Source of the DNA: Clostridia bacterium
Lineage (GTDB): Bacteria; Bacillota; Clostridia; Christensenellales; Aristaeellaceae
Length of the DNA: 64,000 nucleotides
Assembly (NCBI GenBank): GCA_017464305.1
Contig: JAFUDS010000001.1
Coordinates: 153,812-217,811 of the forward strand
Direction: 5' to 3'
Shown here: positions 56,557 through 64,000 of the stretch, in pieces
How the letters are laid out: each line of letters opens with the position of its first letter
Position numbering within the stretch: position 1 is the stretch's first letter
Program-made: the position numbers and the translations under genes
Notes under the pieces: generated by a model
What the model saw: the letters and a program-made list of their open reading frames with translations, nothing else
Told to the model about the DNA's origin: nothing
The model's database searches: none

Positions 56557-57168
56557 TTGCGCAAAGAACATTCTTTTTCGGAGGGGCGTGTGGAAAAGCA
56601 AAGGAGCCTGGGACAATATCGAGCCGTGGATCTGGCTCTGTTCGCCCTGATGCTCCTCGTTTTCGAGAGCATCATTATCCTGGCTTCCACCCGTTGGTTC
56701 CCCGGTCAGCCCTATACCGTGTCCCTGGCGCCGGCCATCGTCGCCATCGTGCTGGTGCGCTGGGGCCCTTGGGCCGCGCTGCACGCGGTGCTGGGCGGCC
56801 TGGTAATCTGTGTGCAGTCCCAAGCCTCCCCAGCCCAATTCGTGATTTACTGCGGGGGGAATCTCTTTCCCCTGCTGCTCTTGCCCTGGCTTTCCCCTTG
56901 GCGGAAGCGGGAGGGCGTATGGCGCTCCTCCGCCCAGGCCCTGGGCTTCGGCGCGGCGGTGCTCCTGCTGATGCAAGCGGGCCGCGGGCTGCTTACGCTG
57001 TGCTTCGGCGCCAGCCCCGTGTTAGCCTTGGGCTGTTTTACCACTGAGGTGATTACCGACCTTTTCACCCTGGTCATTCTGTGGATCGTCCGCCGGCTGG
57101 ACGGGGTGCTGGAGGATCAGGTTCATTATCTGAAACGGGTTCAGGCGGAAGAACAGACCCGGCTCTGA
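56557..57168 (+). CDS. Hypothetical multi-TM membrane protein (start uncertain)
   Basis: Several hydrophobic segments. Confidence 0.7.
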   Translation: MRKEHSFSEGRVEKQRSLGQYRAVDLALFALMLLVFESIIILASTRWFPGQPYTVSLAPAIVAIVLVRWGPWAALHAVLGGLVICVQSQASPAQFVIYCGGNLFPLLLLPWLSPWRKREGVWRSSAQALGFGAAVLLLMQAGRGLLTLCFGASPVLALGCFTTEVITDLFTLVILWIVRRLDGVLEDQVHYLKRVQAEEQTRL

Positions 57169-57232
57169 TTTCTTTTCACGATGTTACTACGAATTTGCCG
57201 CCCTTCGGCGGCGGATGAACGGAGGAATGTGC

Positions 57233-58300
57233 ATGAAGCATTCGGCAGGGGATTATTTAATCCTGGACGAAGCCACGGGCCAGTGGCGGGAGGATCCGGA
57301 ACAGGTGGTTCGGGACGATGTGGAGAAGCACTACTGGCTTCACGTCGGGCGCACCATTCTGAAGGACTGGCGTCTTTATCTGATGCTGGTGCCCACGATT
57401 CTGGTGTTCCTTTTCTGGCGTTACCTGCCCATGTACGAGCTGCTGGGCTCCTTCAAGGTGGATGACGCGGTCAAGCCCGTGGCGGAGCAATACTTTAAAG
57501 GCTTCTCCAATTTCAAGGGCCTGCTGCTGGGCTCCGGGACCTATTCCGGCCTGAGCACGGATTTCTGGCGCGCCATGCGGAATACCTTCCTGCTGAGCTT
57601 CTATGGCCTGCTGTTTGGTTTCCCCATGCCCATCATCCTGGCGCTGTTCTTCAATGAAATCCGCAGCGACCTGCTGCGCAGCGCCTATCAGGTCATGACC
57701 TATTTGCCGAAATTCATGTCCACCGTCGTTATGACCTCCCTGGTGGTCATGCTGATCAAGCAGGGCTCCGCCGCCAGCAATACCCCGCCGGGCATCGTGT
57801 CCCAGGCTCTGGCCTCTCTGGGGCTCATCTCCCAGGACGCGGCGCAGAACGGCCTGCTAAACAATCCCCAGTATTTCCGGGCGATTTATCAAATCTCCGG
57901 CATCTGGGAGACAGCGGGCTATGACAGCATCGTCTTCTTCGCGGCCATCATCGCCATCTCCCCCACCAGCTACGAAGCCGCTCAGATCGACGGCGCCGGC
58001 AAGTGGGCCCAGATGCGCTACGTAGTGCTGCCTTCCATTCTGTCCACCATCGTCATCATGCTAATCACCCGAATCGGCTCCATGCTGAGCATCGGCTACG
58101 AAAAGGTCCTGCTGCTGAGCGAAGGCCGCATCGCCGCTTATCAGACGGCGGAAGTGGTGTCCACCTTCGCCTGGCGCATCAAGGGCAGCCAGAGCGGCCT
58201 GGCCTCCGCGGCGGAAATGATGAACAACGTGGTCGGCATGCTGCTGGTCATCGGCGCTAACACCATCGCCCGCAAGGCCTCCAACGTGAGCCTGTACTAA
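57233..58300 (+). CDS. Carbohydrate ABC transporter permease
   Basis: YEAAQIDGA EAA motif. Confidence 0.92.
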   Translation: MKHSAGDYLILDEATGQWREDPEQVVRDDVEKHYWLHVGRTILKDWRLYLMLVPTILVFLFWRYLPMYELLGSFKVDDAVKPVAEQYFKGFSNFKGLLLGSGTYSGLSTDFWRAMRNTFLLSFYGLLFGFPMPIILALFFNEIRSDLLRSAYQVMTYLPKFMSTVVMTSLVVMLIKQGSAASNTPPGIVSQALASLGLISQDAAQNGLLNNPQYFRAIYQISGIWETAGYDSIVFFAAIIAISPTSYEAAQIDGAGKWAQMRYVVLPSILSTIVIMLITRIGSMLSIGYEKVLLLSEGRIAAYQTAEVVSTFAWRIKGSQSGLASAAEMMNNVVGMLLVIGANTIARKASNVSLY

Positions 58301-58322
58301 GGGAAGGAAGGGGAAAGGATCT

Positions 58323-59213
58323 ATGAAACGCAAGCTTGAAATTTCCGAGCTGATCTTTAAAATCCTGGCTTACACCTTCCTGACGGTGTTCGCCCTGCTG
58401 TGTCTGTATCCCTTCCTGTACGCCATCGCCGCCTCCATCTCCGGTCGGCACGCGGTGGAGTATAAGGAGATCATCCTTTTGCCCAAGGCGGTCCAGTTCG
58501 ACGCCTTCCGCTATATGTTCAACAGCAACGAGTTCTGGAATTCCTATTCCAACACGCTGTTCCTGACCATTTACGGTACCGTCTGGTCCCTGTTCGTGGC
58601 CATTCTGGGCGGCTATGCCCTGAGCAAGAAGCGGCTGCTGTTCCGGAAGTTCTTTAACTTCTTCCTGGTATTCACCATGTGGTTCAGCGCCGGCATCGTG
58701 CCCCAGTATCTGAACTATATCGCCACCAAGCAGGTCTTCAGCAGCATGGGCATCATGGACGATAAGTGGCTGGTGGTCATCGCCATGGGTATGGCGGCCA
58801 TGAACATCATCCTGCTGCGCAACGCCTTTGAGGGCGTGCCCTCCGAAATTGAGGAGGCCGCCATCGTGGACGGCGCCACCGAAATGCAGGTCCTGTCCAA
58901 GGTGTTCATCCCCATGAGCAAATCCACCATCGCCACCGTGGCCCTTTTCTTCGCCATCAGCCGGTGGAACGGATACTTCTGGGCTCGCCAGATGATCTCC
59001 AACACCAATGAGCAGCCCCTGCAGGTGTTCATTCGGAACAAGCTGGAGCAATACACCGACCTGGAACAGCTGGCCACCTGGACGGAGAATTATGCGGCGG
59101 ATTCCGTCATCTTCGCCCTCATCGTCTGCTCCATTATCCCGATTCTGATCATTTACCCCTTCATTCAGAAGTATTTCGCGAAGGGGACGAACGCGGGTGG
59201 CGTAAAAGAATGA
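58323..59213 (+). CDS. Carbohydrate ABC transporter permease
   Basis: IEEAAIVDGA; YPFIQKYF. Confidence 0.92.
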   Translation: MKRKLEISELIFKILAYTFLTVFALLCLYPFLYAIAASISGRHAVEYKEIILLPKAVQFDAFRYMFNSNEFWNSYSNTLFLTIYGTVWSLFVAILGGYALSKKRLLFRKFFNFFLVFTMWFSAGIVPQYLNYIATKQVFSSMGIMDDKWLVVIAMGMAAMNIILLRNAFEGVPSEIEEAAIVDGATEMQVLSKVFIPMSKSTIATVALFFAISRWNGYFWARQMISNTNEQPLQVFIRNKLEQYTDLEQLATWTENYAADSVIFALIVCSIIPILIIYPFIQKYFAKGTNAGGVKE

Positions 59214-59355
59214 TGAAACCGCCGGCGGCGGTTTTCATGGGAGGATGATTCGCCAAAGGCACAAACGCCGGCGGCGGAGTCGAATCAACTACGGTTTCTA
59301 CACCTATGAAATTTTCAAACAGGTGTTGGAATAATTTTTTAAGGAGGAATCCCAC

Positions 59356-61392
59356 ATGAAACGGATCCTGTCTCTGATTCTGTGTGCTGCGATGCTGATC
59401 TCCATGGTCGCTGTCGCGGGCGCGGAAAGCACCGTGACGCTGCGCATGGCCACCGGCTATAACAGCGCCAAGACCGGCATCACCTTCGACTCCGAAACCG
59501 CTGGCGAAGGCATCACCCTGGCCGACGGCAAAACCTACAACGCCGGCGACCTGAAGCCCACCTGGGTTGCGCTGGAAGAAATTCTGGACGTGAAGTTCGA
59601 CAGCAAGTACCAGGGCAACAGCTCCAGCAAGGAGTTCGAGTACTGGGTAGACCGTCTGAACGAAGTGGACATGGTGTCCGGCCCCGCCACCACCCTGAAC
59701 GAGTACGGCGAGAACGGCTCCCTGGTCAACCTGGCTGACTACTTCGATCAGCTGCCCAACTTCAAGGCTTATCTGGAAGCCAACCCCATCGTGCGTCTGT
59801 CCATCATGGGCAACACCACCACCGGCGCCATCTACTTCAGCCCCTATTTCGACGGCGTGGATGACATCGAGCGGATGCCCCTGATGCGCGTGGACTACGC
59901 GGCCAAGCTGCTGGACGGCGAAGGTGAATTCACCGCGGAAGCCACCGGCACCACCGCTGCCCCCGTGTACACCCCCTACATGCCCACCAGCGGCAAGGTC
60001 GAGATTGAGACCCCCACCCTGGACGGCACTGCCACCGAAATCGTCACCAAGGATTATGACGCCTATGGCAACATCATCGCGAAGATGAACGAAGCCGGCG
60101 CCATCTCCGGTGTGGAAGCGGTCAATATGCTCCGTGAGTATATCGACAAGACCTACAATGGATACTATGGAACCACCCGTTCCAACCTGTTCATTGGCCA
60201 GAACGCTGCCTGGGACGCGGACGAAATGGTCGCTCTGCTGCGCTGCGTGGTCGCCAATGCTCAGACCCTGAACGGCACCGATTCCATCCAGGGCCTGTTC
60301 TCCCGCGAGGATAACAACAACCAGCGCCGGGTGGATATGTTCCGTCTGGCCGGCCATCTGTTCGGCGTCCGCGGTATGGAATCCCGTCAGGATTACCTGT
60401 ACTTCGGCACCGATGGCAGCCTGCAGGATGCCCGTCAGGATGCCGCCGCTTACGAAGCCCTGGCCAAGATGCATGACATTGCCGCCGAAGGTCTGATCTC
60501 CCAGGCGTTCATCGACTCCGCCGAAGAGAATTCCTCCACCTATCTGGAGAACGACAACGGCTTTATGTCCTATGACTACAACCAGACCCAGACCGTTATG
60601 AACGCTACCAAGCTGCAGGACGGCGAGAAGTACATGGCGATCATGGTGCCCGTGGCCAAGTGGTTCGACGGCACCTCTGAGGATGGCGTCTTCATGCGGT
60701 TTACCGAGTCCTGGCGTTCCGTCAAGACCGACGCGTGGGCCATCTCCAAGGCTGGCGTGGAAGCCAACCCCGGCGCTCTCGACAAGGCCCTGGCCCTGAT
60801 CGACTACGCCTACTCCGAAGAAGGCCAGATCCTGATGAGCTACGGCCCTGCCGCTTTCATCAAGGATGGCGAAACCTTCCTCTTCAACGGCAAGGAAATG
60901 CCCGTTATCGCGGACGCTACCTATGCTGAGCTGTGGGAAAAGGCCAACGGTAACTACACCAACTATGCCCGTATGTATCTGGGTTCCACCCTGTCCTTCG
61001 TGAAGAGCCAGGCTTTCGAGTATCAGTGCACTCACGAAGTCGGCAAGGAAGGCGCCGGCTACATCTCCACCGCCATCGGTCTGGGCACCATCAAGCACCC
61101 GTTGCTGGAGGTTGCTGAGAATCCCTGGTACACCTCCATCCCCACCGTGCTGCCCAACAGCAAGACCGAAACCGACATGATCAACTCCTACGCGGAGCTG
61201 ACCTCCAACGGCAAGTTCTCCTCCTCCAAGGGCGGCGAGAACCTGTTCGTGGATACCATCCTCTCCGGCCTGACCAAGTCTGCGGAAGAGCAGGCAGCGG
61301 AAGTCACCGGCGATTGGCATGGCAAGCAGTACCTGGCGCTGAAGGAAGCTGCCTGGAAGAAGCTGCTGACCTATTACGAGAGCCTGAAGTAA
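59356..61392 (+). CDS. Large ABC substrate-binding protein
   Basis: Signal peptide; operon position; LVNLADY..LPNF pattern. Confidence 0.8.
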   Translation: MKRILSLILCAAMLISMVAVAGAESTVTLRMATGYNSAKTGITFDSETAGEGITLADGKTYNAGDLKPTWVALEEILDVKFDSKYQGNSSSKEFEYWVDRLNEVDMVSGPATTLNEYGENGSLVNLADYFDQLPNFKAYLEANPIVRLSIMGNTTTGAIYFSPYFDGVDDIERMPLMRVDYAAKLLDGEGEFTAEATGTTAAPVYTPYMPTSGKVEIETPTLDGTATEIVTKDYDAYGNIIAKMNEAGAISGVEAVNMLREYIDKTYNGYYGTTRSNLFIGQNAAWDADEMVALLRCVVANAQTLNGTDSIQGLFSREDNNNQRRVDMFRLAGHLFGVRGMESRQDYLYFGTDGSLQDARQDAAAYEALAKMHDIAAEGLISQAFIDSAEENSSTYLENDNGFMSYDYNQTQTVMNATKLQDGEKYMAIMVPVAKWFDGTSEDGVFMRFTESWRSVKTDAWAISKAGVEANPGALDKALALIDYAYSEEGQILMSYGPAAFIKDGETFLFNGKEMPVIADATYAELWEKANGNYTNYARMYLGSTLSFVKSQAFEYQCTHEVGKEGAGYISTAIGLGTIKHPLLEVAENPWYTSIPTVLPNSKTETDMINSYAELTSNGKFSSSKGGENLFVDTILSGLTKSAEEQAAEVTGDWHGKQYLALKEAAWKKLLTYYESLK

Positions 61393-61433
61393 TTCCAAGG
61401 AAAGATCTTCGGATCTCACAATCTATTTAGCGC

Positions 61434-61471
61434 TTTCCTCCCCCCGCCCAAACGCGGGCGGGGGGAGGAAA
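61434..61471. terminator. GC-rich hairpin after the SBP gene (terminator or stabiliser)
   Basis: TTTCCTCCCCCCGCCC/GGGCGGGGGGAGGAAA. Confidence 0.6.
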
Positions 61472-61493
61472 ATCAAAGTCAGGGGGAATCGTC

Positions 61494-62084
61494 ATGTATA
61501 AGAAGCAAATGAAGCTGCAGCGGGTCATCTGCCTTTGCGCGTTGATCGTCGCCGCGCTTGTCTTCGTCTATTCTCTGGGGATGCTGACAGATCTGTATGA
61601 CAGCCTCTATCCCATGATGAGGAACCCGGATAATCTGGAAGAGACCGACGTTCCCGGCTCCATCATCTATTATGATATGCAGCCCTTCAACCATCAGCTG
61701 CTCATCGCGTCCATCGCGCTGATTCTGCTGGCCACCCTGCTGTTTATTACAGGCACCAGCAGCCGAAGAAAGTACTATGTAGGCAACTATTTTGCCACCT
61801 GCGTTAATGTCATCGCGGAGGTCGCAGTCGCCGTCTGGGCGCATCTGCAGATCGCCGCCTTTAAGACCCAATTTGTCACCACTCTTGATTTTGACGCCCT
61901 GGAGATGTGGTCCTCCATCTGGGAGACGCCCAATCTCACGGCGAGTTCCACCTTCTGGTTCGACGCCCATTATCTGGTTTTCGCGCTGGTCCTGCTTGCG
62001 GCCGCGCTACTGACTGTGAATGTAATCTGGAAAAGAAGGCTCATGCGGGGCGAACAGGCCCTGCTGGCCGGAAAGGCGGCATGA
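61494..62084 (+). CDS. Hypothetical 4-TM membrane protein
   Basis: Hydrophobic segments; RBS. Confidence 0.8.
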   Translation: MYKKQMKLQRVICLCALIVAALVFVYSLGMLTDLYDSLYPMMRNPDNLEETDVPGSIIYYDMQPFNHQLLIASIALILLATLLFITGTSSRRKYYVGNYFATCVNVIAEVAVAVWAHLQIAAFKTQFVTTLDFDALEMWSSIWETPNLTASSTFWFDAHYLVFALVLLAAALLTVNVIWKRRLMRGEQALLAGKAA

Positions 62085-62560
62085 AAATGAACGAGGAATA
62101 TACGCGGCTGGACCGCATGCGCTATACGAAGAATACCACCTCTTCCCGCCTGGCGATTCTGGCGATCGTCTTCGATGTGCTCTTCTTTATCAGTCTGTAT
62201 AAGTCCGATGTGGGGAATTACTATTACACCATCCTCATCGGCGCTTCCATCATCTACAATCTGGTCTTCCTGCTGGCCACCTTCCTGGCCTCGGAGGGCG
62301 TGAAGAACTACCAGCGCAGCTATTCCTGGCTGCTGCTGGCCCTGGGCTGCGGGCAGATCATTCGGATCTTTATCTACCCCGTCCAAGCCCATCAGGCCGT
62401 GGTTTCCGGCACCCAGGTCATGGGGGACGGGCAGTTCATCCGCCTGATCGTCTATCTGGCCCTGTCCGCGGTTTGCCTGATCGCCAGCGGCGTCATCAAT
62501 TGGCAAAAGAGCAAGGCGCTCACCGCTCATATTGCTTCTTTGGAAGCAGCGAATGCGTAA
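62081..62560 (+). CDS. Hypothetical 4-TM membrane protein
   Basis: ATGA overlap with the upstream gene; hydrophobic segments. Confidence 0.8.
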   Translation: MKMNEEYTRLDRMRYTKNTTSSRLAILAIVFDVLFFISLYKSDVGNYYYTILIGASIIYNLVFLLATFLASEGVKNYQRSYSWLLLALGCGQIIRIFIYPVQAHQAVVSGTQVMGDGQFIRLIVYLALSAVCLIASGVINWQKSKALTAHIASLEAANA

Positions 62561-62572
62561 GGAGGAAGCAAA

Positions 62573-63646
62573 ATGGCTGAGCTTCAACTGCAGCATCTGG
62601 ATAAGATTTATGACAACAATGTGCAGGCGGTCTATGACTTTAACCTGGACGTGAAGGACGGCGAGCTGATCGTCCTGGTAGGCCCTTCCGGCTGCGGAAA
62701 ATCCACCACCCTGCGGATGGTGGCCGGGCTGGAGGATATCTCCCGGGGCCATCTGCTCCTGGACGGCAAGGACATCACCCAGGCCCCCGCCAAGGATCGG
62801 GATATGGCCATGGTGTTCCAGAACTATGCCCTCTATGGCCACATGACCATCTATGAAAACATGGCTTTCTCCCTGACCCTGCGGAAGGAAGATCCCAATG
62901 TGATTCATAAGAAGGTGCTGGCCGCGGCGGAGATTCTGGACTTGACAGCCCAGCTGAACAAGAAGCCCAATCAGCTTTCCGGCGGCCAGAGGCAGCGCGT
63001 GGCCATGGGCCGGGCCATCGTCCGGAACCCCAAGGTGTTCCTCTTCGACGAGCCCCTGTCCAACCTGGACGCCAAGCTGCGCAGCGCCACCCGGCGGGAG
63101 ATTCTGCTGCTGCATAAGCGGCTCAACGCCACCATCCTGTACGTCACCCATGACCAGACGGAGGCCCTGACCCTGGCGGACCGCATCGTCTGCATGTCCA
63201 TGGGCCATGTACAGCAGATTGGCACCCCCCTGGAGCTGTATGACCGGCCCAACAACATCTTCGTGGCCACCTTCATCGGCCTGCCCCCCATGAACATGTT
63301 TGACACCGTGTTCGAGGAGGGTGTTCTGAAGGGCAAGGGCTTCCAGGTGCCCCTTTCCGAGGAGCAAAAGGCCCTCCTGGCCCTCTATCAGCATAAGAAG
63401 ATCACCCTGGGGGTTCGTCCGGAGGATATCGCGGAGGGCGGCGAGCTGCACATCAAGGTGTCCACCAACGAGAATCTGGGCATGAACACCCTGGTTCACG
63501 GCGCCATGGGCGATGGCAACCATATTACCGCCAAGCTGCGGGGCTGGAGCGAGTACAAGCTCAACGATCTGGTTCCGATTCACTTTACCCGGATGCACTT
63601 CTTTGATCCGGAGACCACCAATGCCATCCGAAAGGAGGCGGAATAA
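62573..63646 (+). CDS. Sugar ABC transporter ATP-binding protein (MsmX/UgpC-like)
   Basis: GPSGCGKS, LSGGQ, FDEPLSNLD. Confidence 0.95.
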   Translation: MAELQLQHLDKIYDNNVQAVYDFNLDVKDGELIVLVGPSGCGKSTTLRMVAGLEDISRGHLLLDGKDITQAPAKDRDMAMVFQNYALYGHMTIYENMAFSLTLRKEDPNVIHKKVLAAAEILDLTAQLNKKPNQLSGGQRQRVAMGRAIVRNPKVFLFDEPLSNLDAKLRSATRREILLLHKRLNATILYVTHDQTEALTLADRIVCMSMGHVQQIGTPLELYDRPNNIFVATFIGLPPMNMFDTVFEEGVLKGKGFQVPLSEEQKALLALYQHKKITLGVRPEDIAEGGELHIKVSTNENLGMNTLVHGAMGDGNHITAKLRGWSEYKLNDLVPIHFTRMHFFDPETTNAIRKEAE

Positions 63647-63649
63647 TCC

Positions 63650-64000
63650 ATGGCTAAGAATCCTTCCGGCCTGCGTGAATTCGGCCGCAAGCGCCTGGTG
63701 GCGCTGAAGCGGAAGCCGGACATGATCCCCCTGATCGTGTTCCTCTTTGCCTTCCTGTATTATTCCTTCAACCTGACCCAGATTTCCAACACCACGGCCT
63801 TGATCAACGGGCCTCACATGGGGCTGACAGAATTCGCCACCATGCTCTTCTCAACCCTGAGCCTGGTGTGCTTCCTGAATTCCTTCCCCCATCGGAAGAA
63901 GGTCAACAAGCCCATGCTGATTCTGATGCTGATCATGGTCTGCGGGCTCATCTATTGCGACATCTATTACGGCGGGCGCATTACCTACGCCCTCACCCGG
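63650..64000 (+). CDS. Hypothetical membrane protein (runs off window)
   Basis: ATG at 63650 after AGGAGG; MAKNPSGLREFGRKRLVALKRKPDMIPLIVFLFAFL... Confidence 0.75.
   Translation, partial: MAKNPSGLREFGRKRLVALKRKPDMIPLIVFLFAFLYYSFNLTQISNTTALINGPHMGLTEFATMLFSTLSLVCFLNSFPHRKKVNKPMLILMLIMVCGLIYCDIYYGGRITYALTR

Overview
Firmicutes (Clostridia-like, GC-rich) DNA in two parts. (1) 1-~44985 is the right portion of a large integrative element whose left end lies outside the window. It carries a sortase B/pilin-adhesin module, ParAB, a phage-like replication module (iteron-bearing initiator plus AEP primase-DnaB helicase), a sigma-like factor, an ImmA/IrrE protease-HTH, a DinB/LexA-like damage-response cassette, WYL and HD genes, xis-int, and a 20-kb defence block. 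That block is a type 1 BREX system with two full-length PglX genes flanking pglZ, followed by a metallophosphoesterase-NTPase and an NDT-like small protein. An IS1595-family element with 8-bp target duplications lies just upstream of the BREX promoter. The element appears to have broken a host tRNA-Arg(CCT) at the anticodon loop: only the 5' half remains, at 44979-45017, behind a consensus promoter. A different, complete tRNA-Arg(CCT) lies 243 bp inside the element end. Non-coding signals include a 38-bp duplicated promoter-like motif, an RBS-sequestering switch before the sigma gene, a ~350-nt structured RNA candidate and about 12 TGTTAGCA-like sites at the element end. (2) 45084-64000 is host backbone: trpS, thrH, a coiled-coil protein, hydrolases, a MATE transporter and a pectin-utilisation locus (GH28, kduI, SDR, ABC transporter with several extra membrane proteins). 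All calls come from reading motifs by eye; no database searches were run.
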